Below are positions 38,808-48,795 of a stretch of 64,000 bases of DNA, one piece after another. A program made the position numbers and the translations under genes. How positions within the stretch are numbered: the stretch's first letter is position 1; each line of letters starts with the position of its first letter. The notes under the pieces were generated by a model. That model was given only the letters and a program-made list of their open reading frames with translations. It did no database searches and had not been told where the DNA came from. The stretch is from assembly GCA_029559515.1 (NCBI GenBank), contig JAKQBO010000007.1:11878-75877 (forward strand). The letters run 5' to 3'. The stretch is from a bacterium (GTDB lineage Bacteria; Patescibacteriota; Minisyncoccia; Minisyncoccales; UBA1441).

Positions 38808-40061
38808 TCAAAGACCGGCGAAGAAGTTTTCTATCTCTTGGACGACCCGGGCAGCATCTTCTGCTGAAACATTAATATGGGTCGGCAGGTTAACTATTCG
38901 ACCCGACAGATCTTCGGCCCGAGGGCAGCTGCCCCAATGATATCTCATTGCTGCCAAGTCAACGTCTGACGGAACAATGGGCGTATCTTTCCAGCCGTCG
39001 TAGAGGTAAATTTTCTGACGACGTAGATGCTTTAAAAGGCCATCGGCTGATTCTTTATCAGACAAAATAATTGGAAATTTTAGATAAACGCGGCCGATTT
39101 TATCATCGGTCATAGATACAGGAAGCTTTTTCAATTTCGATCGGTAAAAATCAGCTATGGTTTGACGATGATTGTTATAACGGTCTAGTTTCGTAAACTG
39201 ATTGAGAGCCAAAACAGCTAACTCGTTTGGCATCTTCATTGGAGCCATAGCTGTTAGCTCGCCTCTTTTCTCGCGGCGAGTCATGGCTTTAGAGAGAATT
39301 CTTGTTTTTTGCAAAATTAGCAAAAGCCGGCGGCCAAGTTCGCCTCGAAGATAGTAAGGCTGAACCCATCGATCGACTAACAATGGGTGACGAAGCTGCT
39401 GTTTAATCCATCCTCGGCTGGGCTGACTCCCCTCTTGTGCGGCCTGTTTAATCTCCGAGCCCAGTTTTTTATCATTAGTAGTCGCGACTCCTCCAAAGAC
39501 CGAAGAAAGAATTTTGTCCCGGCCGAAACTGAAAAAAGATGCCTCGCCCCAACTACCCACAGGCCTGTCTTGAAAGTAGGCTCCGAGACTATGAGCACAG
39601 TCTTCAATAACAACCAAGTTATGGCGTTGGGCCAAATCTTTAACCCGATCCATCTCCACTGGCAATCCAAAGGTATGCTGAATCAAAATGGCTCTAGTTT
39701 TTTTAGATATCTTTGGTTCAACCTTATTCAGGTCAATGTTTAAATTGTGATCGACATCGATAAAGACCGGCTCTAAACCGCTCCAGATAACCGGGTTAAC
39801 GGCTGCCGCGCAAGTAAATCCGGGAAGAATTATTTGGCTGCCAGCCGGCCATTGGTAGCTACGAATAATTGCCCAAAGGGCCGAGCGCCCGCTTTGAAAA
39901 GGAATGACGTAATCAGCCGACAGATACTGCCTAACTGCTTCGGCTAACTGCTGAGCATAGTTTTTTCGTTGATAATCAGAGATGTTTTCCAGCACATTCT
40001 GAGCCAGGCGAATATCATCTTGCTCAACATTGGGAGAAAGCACCGAAAAAACTGGCTTCAT
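38808..40061 (-). CDS. DegT/DnrJ/EryC1/StrS-type PLP-dependent sugar aminotransferase
   Basis: Fold-type I aminotransferase pattern (LPGFTCAAAVNPV, AHSLGA, SFFSFGRDK with a candidate PLP lysine). Confidence 0.55.
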   Translation of the reverse strand: MKPVFSVLSPNVEQDDIRLAQNVLENISDYQRKNYAQQLAEAVRQYLSADYVIPFQSGRSALWAIIRSYQWPAGSQIILPGFTCAAAVNPVIWSGLEPVFIDVDHNLNIDLNKVEPKISKKTRAILIQHTFGLPVEMDRVKDLAQRHNLVVIEDCAHSLGAYFQDRPVGSWGEASFFSFGRDKILSSVFGGVATTNDKKLGSEIKQAAQEGSQPSRGWIKQQLRHPLLVDRWVQPYYLRGELGRRLLLILQKTRILSKAMTRREKRGELTAMAPMKMPNELAVLALNQFTKLDRYNNHRQTIADFYRSKLKKLPVSMTDDKIGRVYLKFPIILSDKESADGLLKHLRRQKIYLYDGWKDTPIVPSDVDLAAMRYHWGSCPRAEDLSGRIVNLPTHINVSAEDAARVVQEIENFFAGL

Positions 40062-41698
40062 ACTGATTGAAGTAAATCCATGACTTGGTTAGGAATTCGG
40101 CCCTCTAAGAGAATGACATCGTCTTGCTGATCGAACTCTCTAAGTCGCCTGACAATCTCTTCTGGCTGGCGGGCAAAGATCAATTCGGTCTGTCCGCCAA
40201 CCTCAGAAATTCCGGCCCGCACTGACTTCAGATAACGATCATGAGTAAAAATAGCCAGATGGCAGTTTCGGCCGATAGATTTTCCCAGTTGATAATGAGC
40301 CTCAGAAGCATCTGCTCCGAGCTCGATCAAGCCGGGCGTCACTATAATCCTTCGCCCCGACCATAATTCAAGGTGCTCAATGTGAATCTGAGCTCCGTCA
40401 AGATTACTAGAGTAAACAGCATTGATGATGCTGGCTTGCCGATAAGGCACCATCCTTGGACCGCCAGAAGGCGTGGGAAGCGTTTTAGCGGCCTGTGACA
40501 ATTCATTCGGCGACAAGCCCAAAACTAAGGCCGCCGAACCGGCTAACAGGAGATTAATGACGTTTTGTCGGCCAACCAATTTAGCCGAAATTAATATCTC
40601 CTGGCCTCGGTTAACCATCTTAAAGCTAACTGAGTCCTTGCCAATTAAAACTTCTTGGGCTTGCCAATTTGCCAGCTTTAATCCTTTAGACGAAACGAGA
40701 ATTTTTCGATCGGATGTTTGGCGATAAAGGTCAATACAATAATCATTGTCGCCATTAAAAACAGAATAACCCGTCGGTGGCAAAGATTGGATTAACTCAT
40801 ACTTAGCCTTAATAATATTTTCCTGAGAACCGAAGAGCGAGCGGTGTTGATTGTTGATACCAGTCAAAATTCCTATGTTCGGACGAGCCAGTTCCGCACT
40901 TTGAGCAATCTCACCGACCCGGTAAGCCCCCATCTCGCAAACGAAAAAGAGATGTTGACTAGTCAGATTATTTAAAATAGTCTGGGCCACGCCCAGCTGA
41001 GTGTTGGTATTCCTCTCGGTTTTTAAAACCTTATCTTGGCCATACTTCTCGGCTAAAAAATGATAAAGAAACTCCTTCACTGAAGTCTTGCCGAAGGAAC
41101 CGGTAACTCCGACAACTGTTAGGTTTTTCAATTGAGCCCGGCGATTTTTAGCTTTTTCAATGAGGCGCTTCTTAAGAATGTTGGCCGGCCACTCCATGAT
41201 CCTTAAGGCCATCAAAACAGCTAAGGGCCAGATAACAGACACCGCCAGCAGTAAAAAAGGCAGATAAAGAGGCACCCAGGAAAGACCCGCCAGTCCCAGG
41301 GCAACCGTAGCCAGCCAAATAAAGGAAAAGAAAACTTTCCCCTTGGAAGTTGCTCGAGGGTAAACCCAGCGCTTTCGAACGCCCTGAACCAAGGCATAGC
41401 TCCCCCAGAATATAAAATTGGCTAATGCTAATAATAAAAACCCATCATAAGGTAAAACAAAAAATGAAGCTAAAACCAAAAATGAAACCACTGCTGATTT
41501 AGGCAGCAGAACTCGGTAGTCTTCGTGAAAACTCTCCTTAAGGCGGTCCCAGCGATATTGCTTCACCTGCCAAAGGTGCAAGTAAAGCAATATTTGCCGG
41601 GTAAAGTGAGCCAAGGCAAAGGCCAGGATCAAAATTAAATATTTATGATAAAAAAATTCAACCATTTGGTTTTTGGAAAAAATGCTGAAGCAGTTCAA
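40058..41698 (-). CDS. Mur-ligase family protein (MurF-like) with an N-terminal ~190-aa polytopic membrane domain
   Basis: Residues 1-190 contain about five hydrophobic helices. They are followed by a Mur ligase P-loop VGVTGSFGKTS and central and C-terminal Mur ligase domains. Confidence 0.6.
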   Translation of the reverse strand: MNCFSIFSKNQMVEFFYHKYLILILAFALAHFTRQILLYLHLWQVKQYRWDRLKESFHEDYRVLLPKSAVVSFLVLASFFVLPYDGFLLLALANFIFWGSYALVQGVRKRWVYPRATSKGKVFFSFIWLATVALGLAGLSWVPLYLPFLLLAVSVIWPLAVLMALRIMEWPANILKKRLIEKAKNRRAQLKNLTVVGVTGSFGKTSVKEFLYHFLAEKYGQDKVLKTERNTNTQLGVAQTILNNLTSQHLFFVCEMGAYRVGEIAQSAELARPNIGILTGINNQHRSLFGSQENIIKAKYELIQSLPPTGYSVFNGDNDYCIDLYRQTSDRKILVSSKGLKLANWQAQEVLIGKDSVSFKMVNRGQEILISAKLVGRQNVINLLLAGSAALVLGLSPNELSQAAKTLPTPSGGPRMVPYRQASIINAVYSSNLDGAQIHIEHLELWSGRRIIVTPGLIELGADASEAHYQLGKSIGRNCHLAIFTHDRYLKSVRAGISEVGGQTELIFARQPEEIVRRLREFDQQDDVILLEGRIPNQVMDLLQSV

Positions 41699-42455
41699 CT
41701 AATTTTTCTGGAGCTTCCAGTTGCGGGCTATGGCCGATTTCTTTTATAATTTTCAATTGAGAACCTTTAATCGCCTGATGAAAGCGATGGGCCTGATCAA
41801 TTGGCACGATGTAGTCTTTTTCGCCCCAAATAATTAAAGTTGGTGTTTCAATTGCCGGCAGACACCCCGACAGATCCTCCTCGACTACCAGACGAAAAGT
41901 ATCTTTCATCGTCCGCGACACCTTTAGATAATCATTCTGATGCAACAAGCGATAATAAAAATCACGGGCCGAATCATGAAGCCAGTCCAACTTCATCTTT
42001 GTCATTAAACTGGAACCTGACTTGGCTAACCCAGAAAGCATCCTTAGCTTCAAACTTGTTTCCGGCGGTAACCCAGCTGATGCACACAAAACCAATCCCT
42101 TTAAAGATAAAGAGCGGCCAGCCGCGATTTTGATAGCAATTCTGCCTCCGAAAGAATGGCCGACTAAGAAGAAGGGTTCTTTGAATTCCTGATGACGCTC
42201 AGAGATCTTTTGTATAAAATCCTCAAACCAACCAACATAATCGTCTACTCGCCAACCGCTTAAAGGAGTATCGCTTTGCCCAAATCCGATTAAATCGGGC
42301 ACAATTACCTTGAATCCACAAGAAGCAATCTTCTCCTGGACGGGAGTCCAGAGACTCGCTCGGCTACCCCAGCCGTGAAGAATAATAACTGGCCGGCCCT
42401 CCCCGACTACCTGATAATTAACTTTAAGCCCTTGAATCTCAACTTGTTCATTCAT
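41658..42455 (-). CDS. alpha/beta-fold hydrolase
   Basis: HGWG oxyanion motif and a GHSFGG nucleophile elbow. Confidence 0.7.
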   Translation of the reverse strand: MNEQVEIQGLKVNYQVVGEGRPVIILHGWGSRASLWTPVQEKIASCGFKVIVPDLIGFGQSDTPLSGWRVDDYVGWFEDFIQKISERHQEFKEPFFLVGHSFGGRIAIKIAAGRSLSLKGLVLCASAGLPPETSLKLRMLSGLAKSGSSLMTKMKLDWLHDSARDFYYRLLHQNDYLKVSRTMKDTFRLVVEEDLSGCLPAIETPTLIIWGEKDYIVPIDQAHRFHQAIKGSQLKIIKEIGHSPQLEAPEKLVELLQHFFQKPNG

Positions 42456-43690
42456 CGGGGAATTTGTTTAAAGCCCAAATATTTTTGAAGAATCCTAGGT
42501 ACGGCTATTGTTCCGTCAGCCTGCTGATAATTTTCTAGAATCACAGCTAATATTCGGCTCATGGCTAGAGCTGTGCCGTTCAAGGTATGAACATAATCTA
42601 ACTTGCCCCCTGGGGTCCGATAGCGAATGTTCAGCCCTTGAGATTGATAATCGGTGCAATTGGAAGAAGAGTGAGTTTCCCGATATCTCCCCTCCGAAGG
42701 CAGCCAACTTTCGATGTCTACTGTCGTCGCTGAAGGCTTAGCCAAGTCGCCGCCGCACAGCAAGACAACGCGATAGGGCAACTCTAAGCTCTGCATAATC
42801 CGCTCCTCAATTTTAATTAACAGCTCGTGTTCTTGAGAAGAATCGTCAGGGTGGCAAAAACTAAATAGCTCGGCCTTGTCGAATTGATGAACCCTCAAGA
42901 TCCCCTTAAGGTCCCGTCCGTAACTTCCAGCCTCGCGGCGAAAACAAGTAGAATAACCGACAAAGCGCCGAGGCACCTCGTCTAAAACTTCATCTTGATA
43001 CATGGCGGCAATGCTTTGCTCGGAGGTTCCGACTAAATTCAACTCATCTTTTTCAATAAAATAAATATTGCTTTCCGTTAGGTCGGCGTATCCTAATAAT
43101 TCCATCAGCTTCGGCTTAATCATCACTGGCGGAATAACCGGTTGGAATCCAAACTCTTGAGTAGTTTCATAAACTAAATTCAGCAAGGCAAATTGCATTA
43201 GCACCAATTCATTTTTAAGATAACTAAAGCGGCTGCCGGCCATCCGGGCTGCCCGAGGAATATCAATCAGATTAAGCTCTTCCCCCAGCTCCAAATAGCT
43301 TTTAGCTTCAAAATCAAATTGCGGAGGCTGACCCCAATTTCTCAAAACTACATTGTCGTCTTCACTTGTTCCGGCGGGCACTTGAGGCATCAAAATATTA
43401 GGCACCTGAGTAATAAACTGAACCACCTTCTCTTCGAATTGCTTAAATTCAGTTTCAGCTTTTTTTATCGCCTCTTTCAGATTCTGCCCTTTAGCAATCG
43501 TTTCTGAATCAGGTTTCTTCTGCTGGCTGAGTTCATTTCTCTGGCGCCTCAAATCTTCAACTTTCTGAATAGCCGTACGCCGCTGGTCATCTATTTTAAT
43601 AAAGTCATCAAAATCAAGCTCAATCCCCCGCTGGCGGCAACTTTCCTTGATGGCCTCAATATTTTCTCTAATAAATTCAATACTCAACAT
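42452..43690 (-). CDS. serS: seryl-tRNA synthetase
   Basis: N-terminal coiled-coil arm and class II core motifs; 412 aa. Confidence 0.85.
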   Translation of the reverse strand: MLSIEFIRENIEAIKESCRQRGIELDFDDFIKIDDQRRTAIQKVEDLRRQRNELSQQKKPDSETIAKGQNLKEAIKKAETEFKQFEEKVVQFITQVPNILMPQVPAGTSEDDNVVLRNWGQPPQFDFEAKSYLELGEELNLIDIPRAARMAGSRFSYLKNELVLMQFALLNLVYETTQEFGFQPVIPPVMIKPKLMELLGYADLTESNIYFIEKDELNLVGTSEQSIAAMYQDEVLDEVPRRFVGYSTCFRREAGSYGRDLKGILRVHQFDKAELFSFCHPDDSSQEHELLIKIEERIMQSLELPYRVVLLCGGDLAKPSATTVDIESWLPSEGRYRETHSSSNCTDYQSQGLNIRYRTPGGKLDYVHTLNGTALAMSRILAVILENYQQADGTIAVPRILQKYLGFKQIPR

Positions 43691-43691
43691 A

Positions 43692-45155
43692 TTATTTTGG
43701 GCGGGTAATTGGAAACAAGATTACCTCTCTCAATGAATGAGCATCAGCAATTAACGCCACTAAGCGATCAACGCCCAGGCCCAAGCCGGCCGCTGGTGGC
43801 ATGCCATACTCTAGGGCCGTTAAAAAGTCTTCATCCATTCTCTGGGCCTCTTCAAATCCAGCTTCAAATATCTTTTCTTGCGCCTCGAAAACTTCTCTCT
43901 GCCGCATTGGGTCATTCTGCTCCGAAAAAGCATTAACTAGTTCCCAACCGGCGATCACGATCTGTAAATTTTCAGTACAATTAGGCACTCTGCTCGACTC
44001 TTTAGCTAAAGGAAAAGATCCGATTGGATGATGAATAATGAAAGTTGGCTCCCAGATTTTGGGACGACAATATTTCTTATAAATTAAATCAGCAATTTCC
44101 GCCTTGGTTACCCCCTTGGGCACCTCAACTTCTAGCTCCTGGGCTTTTTTAGCTAAAGTTTTTTCGTCAACCTCTGACAGATCAATTCCCGTTTCTTCAT
44201 GAATTAACTGTTGGAAGTCTATTCGGGGCCAAGGAGCTTTAAAATCGATTTTACGGCCATTGTATTCAAAAGATAATTTACCATGAATACTTTTAACCAG
44301 ACTGCCGAACATTTCTTCGCAAAGCTTCATCAGGTCTTTATAATCCGCATAAGCCCAATAAAATTCAAGCATAGTAAATTCAGGATTATGAGAACGATCA
44401 ATGCCCTCGTTGCGGAAGTTTCGAGCTAGCTCGTAAACCTTATCAAAACCGGCAATGAGCAGCCTTTTTAGGTAAAGTTCTGGAGAGATCCTTAAAAACA
44501 AATCCATGTCTAAAGCATTTAAGTGTGTCGTAAAAGGTTTTGCTTTAGCTCCGCCATACTGGGGTTGTAAAATCGGGGTTTCTACCTCGAGAAAGCCCTT
44601 TTTATCCAAAAAACTCCGAATCTCTGTAACTACTTGGGAGCGTATCTCGAAGGTCTTCCTTGTTTCAGCATTAAGCAAAATGTCGAGATAGCGCTGGCGA
44701 TAACGCGCTTCTGGATCTTTAAGTCCATACCACTCGCTCGGTGGCGGAAATAGAGACTTCGCTGCTATTTCCAAATTATCAGCTTTGAGAGTTTTTTCAC
44801 CGGCCTTAGTTTTGAACAACACTCCCGTTACCTGAATAAAATCACCCAGATCAACATATTCTTCAAAGAATTCATAAAGTTTCGGACCTAAAGTATCGCG
44901 CCGCAAAAAGATTTGAATTCTGCCCGTGCCATCCTGAATATCCAAGAAGGCAGACCCGCCGTGTTGGCGTACAGACAATATTCTTCCGGCCAACGAAACC
45001 TCTTTTTCTCCCTGGCTTAATTTCGAAAAATCGGCCAAAGCCCCATCTATAGTATGGCTTCTTTTGACTGAAGCCGGATAGGGATTTAAGCCGAGATGTT
45101 GCAATTTCTCAACCTTTTCAAGTCGATTTTTTCTTATTTGATCACGATTAATCAT
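43692..45155 (-). CDS. lysS: lysyl-tRNA synthetase, class II
   Basis: N-terminal OB anticodon-binding domain and class II motifs 1-3; 487 aa. Confidence 0.85.
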   Translation of the reverse strand: MINRDQIRKNRLEKVEKLQHLGLNPYPASVKRSHTIDGALADFSKLSQGEKEVSLAGRILSVRQHGGSAFLDIQDGTGRIQIFLRRDTLGPKLYEFFEEYVDLGDFIQVTGVLFKTKAGEKTLKADNLEIAAKSLFPPPSEWYGLKDPEARYRQRYLDILLNAETRKTFEIRSQVVTEIRSFLDKKGFLEVETPILQPQYGGAKAKPFTTHLNALDMDLFLRISPELYLKRLLIAGFDKVYELARNFRNEGIDRSHNPEFTMLEFYWAYADYKDLMKLCEEMFGSLVKSIHGKLSFEYNGRKIDFKAPWPRIDFQQLIHEETGIDLSEVDEKTLAKKAQELEVEVPKGVTKAEIADLIYKKYCRPKIWEPTFIIHHPIGSFPLAKESSRVPNCTENLQIVIAGWELVNAFSEQNDPMRQREVFEAQEKIFEAGFEEAQRMDEDFLTALEYGMPPAAGLGLGVDRLVALIADAHSLREVILFPITRPK

Positions 45156-47059
45156 GGTTCCTGATTTTGACTAAATTTATCATTTTTACCAGAGAAATAC
45201 AAATCAAGCACATCATAGGCGACCGATCTTACAGCTACCATGCTGTCATGAACATCGCGAATCATAAAGACCATAACTAACTCTGGATCCTCATAAGGGG
45301 CAAACAAGGCAATCCAGTTATGATAAACATTATCCCGGCCAGTCTGGGCGGTGCCTGTCTTAGCCGCAGAAGTAACAGGCAGGCTATTGAGGAGATAAGT
45401 TGATCCCTGAGGCGAGGTAACAGCCTGCCTCATTCCCTCCTGAACAATCTTAATATTTTCATAACTAGCCACCGAGGGATTAGCAACGATTGGCGTAAAT
45501 TCACGAACAACTACCTGGGCTCCATTCATCTGTCGAATAATTTGATTGACCACCTGGGGCTGATAAAGGACCCCTCCGTTAGCCAAAGCAGCATAAGCGA
45601 CGGCCACCTGTAAAGGGGTGACGCTGAAGTGCCCCTGCCCAATAGATAGATGATAGGTATTGCCGAGCCGCCAATTCTGATTAATCTCCGGCAATACTCC
45701 CTTACCCTCATTAGGCAAGTCGATTCCCGTAGTTTGGTTCCAGCCAAATTTACCTAACCATTCAATGATTTTATTGGGACCAAGCCCACGAACTTCTTGG
45801 TACCCTCCGCCAATCATATAAAAATACACGTTCACTGAACTGGCAATGGCTTTTCTGAGATCAGTCCAGCCATGAAATCGCCAATCGTGAAAACACTGTT
45901 CGCTTCCAGTATAAGCATGAGGAATACATATCTTTTCCGGAGCATATATCTGACGATCAGGATCAATAATGCCTTCCTCTAAAGCAGCCACCGCTAACAA
46001 GGGTTTAATTACCGAGCCGGTAGCATAGCCAATTCCCGAAATAGCTTGATTAAATAAAGAAAAATCAGGTTGGTTGATAACCTCATTCATGTCTTCCGTC
46101 GAGAGCGTGCGACTAAAAACATTATTGTCGTAACCAGGAAAGCTAACTAGAGCCCGAACAGCGCCATTGCGCGGGTCAATAGCTACGGCGTTAGCCTCCT
46201 GTGAGCCCGCTTCTTCCATTTTCTTTTTTAGAACATCTTCAATAATACTTTGCAACTCATAATCAATGTTTAAAACCAAACTGTCACCCGGTTCTGGTTC
46301 TCGAATGATGACCTCTTCTAAGATTCTCCCTTGAGCGTCTCGCTCTAACTGCCGTTGACCAGGGCGATCACGAAGATAGCCGTCGTAATAACTCTCTAGG
46401 CCGGCCGCTCCCTGAAAATCAGATCGCGAAACATAGCCCAGCAAGTGCGACAGGCCTCCTTCGTTTGAGTACTGCCTGGCCAGTTGACGCTCTAAGGAAA
46501 TGCCCGGCCAATCTTCCCTCTTGGTCTCCCAAAGAATAACTTGTTCATAATCTAAATCTTCTTGCAGAACCAGCTTCCCGCCCGCCTCAGTTTCAATCTT
46601 GACCGCGATCTCTTCTGAAGGCAATCCGGTAAACTCAGCTAATCTTTTAATTAACCAAATCCTTTGAGCTTCACCTGAGGGCAACTCCGATGGATCGGCT
46701 ACTAAGCGATAGGTGGTTCGATTGTAAACCAGCTGCTTCATCGATTGGTCATAAATCACCCCCCGCTCAGCCCGAATTGACTGCACAACAAATTGGTTGT
46801 TCTGCGCCCGAAGCGCATGCTCTTCTCCTTGTACTATTTGAAACCAAAAACTCCGTCCAATTAAGACGCCAAAAACAAGCAACACACCAAGTAACAAAGT
46901 CAAGTAGGCTTTGTCCGGCAAGGGTCTCTCTAGTTTATGTTCTGATTCTGGGATCTCTCTTTCTCTTTGCTGGGCTAGATGATCAAGGAAAACCTCGTGC
47001 GGCTCAAGGTTATTTCGAGAGTTATTCCGAATACGAAAATTAGAAGGAAATTTAATCAT
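45152..47059 (-). CDS. mrdA: penicillin-binding protein 2 (elongasome transpeptidase)
   Basis: SxxK (SVIKP), SxN and KTGT motifs, an N-terminal anchor, and a position directly downstream of mreCD. Confidence 0.8.
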   Translation of the reverse strand: MIKFPSNFRIRNNSRNNLEPHEVFLDHLAQQREREIPESEHKLERPLPDKAYLTLLLGVLLVFGVLIGRSFWFQIVQGEEHALRAQNNQFVVQSIRAERGVIYDQSMKQLVYNRTTYRLVADPSELPSGEAQRIWLIKRLAEFTGLPSEEIAVKIETEAGGKLVLQEDLDYEQVILWETKREDWPGISLERQLARQYSNEGGLSHLLGYVSRSDFQGAAGLESYYDGYLRDRPGQRQLERDAQGRILEEVIIREPEPGDSLVLNIDYELQSIIEDVLKKKMEEAGSQEANAVAIDPRNGAVRALVSFPGYDNNVFSRTLSTEDMNEVINQPDFSLFNQAISGIGYATGSVIKPLLAVAALEEGIIDPDRQIYAPEKICIPHAYTGSEQCFHDWRFHGWTDLRKAIASSVNVYFYMIGGGYQEVRGLGPNKIIEWLGKFGWNQTTGIDLPNEGKGVLPEINQNWRLGNTYHLSIGQGHFSVTPLQVAVAYAALANGGVLYQPQVVNQIIRQMNGAQVVVREFTPIVANPSVASYENIKIVQEGMRQAVTSPQGSTYLLNSLPVTSAAKTGTAQTGRDNVYHNWIALFAPYEDPELVMVFMIRDVHDSMVAVRSVAYDVLDLYFSGKNDKFSQNQEP

Positions 47060-47550
47060 GCCGAAAATATTCTTCTGAATTTAACAGGCAATATTAACCA
47101 AAAAATTAAGACTAGCACTAAATGGTAAACCGTCTGAGCGACCAGGAAAAACAAATCAAAGCTCAAGACCGGCGATGATGTAAAAATGAAACTAATTATG
47201 TAGCGGACAGGCTCGTAGGCCAAGCTAAAGACGGCTAAATAAATTAATGTTCCCATCATGCCCTCTAAGGCCAAGAATCGTCGCGATAAAGAAAGAAGGC
47301 TTATTAAAATGATAAAAGTTAGGATGGCCAGGCCTATCTGATGATAATAAAAGATATCAAGCAAGAAGCCGCCCCAAAGAGCCGCTAACCAGATAAGCCC
47401 TTTGTTTTTGCTGCTCAGAGCAACCAGCAAGACCGCCAATAAAACTAAATTTGGCCAAACTCCGTCTATGGCGAGATGAGACCAAAATCCTAGCTGAAAC
47501 AAGGTAAGGAAATAAAGACCGATGAGTAAGAAAACCCGGCTCATAATCAA
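47056..47550 (-). CDS. mreD: rod shape-determining protein MreD
   Basis: 164-aa polytopic membrane protein lying between mreC and PBP2. Confidence 0.6.
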   Translation of the reverse strand: MIMSRVFLLIGLYFLTLFQLGFWSHLAIDGVWPNLVLLAVLLVALSSKNKGLIWLAALWGGFLLDIFYYHQIGLAILTFIILISLLSLSRRFLALEGMMGTLIYLAVFSLAYEPVRYIISFIFTSSPVLSFDLFFLVAQTVYHLVLVLIFWLILPVKFRRIFSA

Positions 47551-48338
47551 AAGTCTTCAAGAATAAAGAGGTTGCGCTCAGTGGACCAATCAAAAAACGG
47601 CATAACCTGAGCCGCTAACATTGAGCGGACCTCATCTCGTTCCACCTGAACTATTTGTCCCACCAATAAATTAGCGGGATATTCATCTCTAAAAACATCT
47701 GTAACTAAATCATCGCCCACCTTAAAATCTTGAGTTAGATCAGCTGATTGTAAAACAGTTCTCAAGCCTCCCTTCCCTTGCAGAAAGCTAACTGCCGGAG
47801 AAACATCAACTGTCTTAACTTTAACTAACGAATCAGCATGGGAGAGCAGCTTAACTTCGGCTTGTCGTTCATAAACCTGTCCGACCCGACCCGCTAAAAC
47901 ATGATTTGAGGTGATGACTGGCTGGCCTGTTTCGACTCCATCTCGCCGCCCTAAATTAATCATGATCCAATCCTGGCTTGCATTAACGTAGGTTATCTTG
48001 CCCATCATCACCCGCCAGTCTAATTCATCCGATTCCGTGCCTAAAACTTCCGCTAATTCATCTTTCTCGAGACAATAGTCACTTAATCGAGCCAGCTCGC
48101 TCAGCAGTTCTTCCTTTTCCCGAGCTAAATCATCCCGCTCAATAATAAGCATTTGCTGGTCGCGAAAGTAGCCAAACAGCCCCGATGCCTTGCCTCCTAA
48201 ATAATCAAAAAATCGATAAAACGGTTGGGAGGCAATATAAAAAATTTCTTCAATGGGACCGGCGCCGAGCCGGCTCAAGCCCAAAACCAACATAACCAGC
48301 AATACAGCGGCTATCCATTTTCTGCGGTTGTTTTTCAT
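47547..48338 (-). CDS. mreC: rod shape-determining protein MreC
   Basis: N-terminal anchor, a coiled-coil, and a beta-rich C-terminal domain, with operon context mreC-mreD-mrdA. Confidence 0.7.
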   Translation of the reverse strand: MKNNRRKWIAAVLLVMLVLGLSRLGAGPIEEIFYIASQPFYRFFDYLGGKASGLFGYFRDQQMLIIERDDLAREKEELLSELARLSDYCLEKDELAEVLGTESDELDWRVMMGKITYVNASQDWIMINLGRRDGVETGQPVITSNHVLAGRVGQVYERQAEVKLLSHADSLVKVKTVDVSPAVSFLQGKGGLRTVLQSADLTQDFKVGDDLVTDVFRDEYPANLLVGQIVQVERDEVRSMLAAQVMPFFDWSTERNLFILEDF

Positions 48339-48370
48339 TAATCATGATTATAGCTTAAAGTCAGGAAATA

Positions 48371-48400
48371 AAAAACAAAAAACACCGCGTTAACGGTGTT
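48371..48400 (-). terminator. intrinsic terminator downstream of the 5S rRNA (minus strand)
   Basis: Perfect 7-bp hairpin aacaccg/cggtgtt (plus coordinates 48381-48400) followed on the minus strand by a T-rich tract (TTTTTTGTTTTTT). Confidence 0.65.
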
Positions 48401-48408
48401 TAAAAATG

Positions 48409-48528
48409 CTCTCGGGTGGCGGCGTCCTACTTTCGCGGAAACCACTATCATCGGCCCAGAAGTATTTCACGACTGAGGTCGGAATGGGATCAGGTGGAAC
48501 AACTCCGGTATTGCCGCCACCCGAAAGC
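48409..48528 (-). rRNA. rrf: 5S rRNA
   Basis: The reverse complement contains CCACCTGATCCCATTCCGACCTCAG ... CCGATGATAGTG and a terminal helix gggtggcggc/gccgccaccc. Ends approximate. Confidence 0.8.
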
Positions 48529-48531
48529 ACT

Positions 48532-48558
48532 TTTAGCAACTATTAACTGCTAGCCAAT
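48532..48558 (-). repeat. 3' arm of the 23S processing-stem inverted repeat (between 23S and 5S)
   Basis: tttagcaactattaactgctagcca is complementary to 53381-53408. Confidence 0.65.
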
Positions 48559-48795
48559 TCAAAAAGCAAAAAGAAGGTTTAAGATCATTAGTACCTCTCG
48601 GCTCAATACCTTACGGTACTTACACCTGAGGCCTATCAACCCGGTCGTCTTCCGGGGATCTATAAATCCTAATCTTGGAGTGAGCTTCGCACTTTAGATG
48701 CTTTCAGTGCTTATCTCGTCCCGACATAGCTACCCAGCGATGCTCCTGGCGGAACAACTGGTACACCAGAGGTCAGTTCATTCCGGTCCTCTCGT

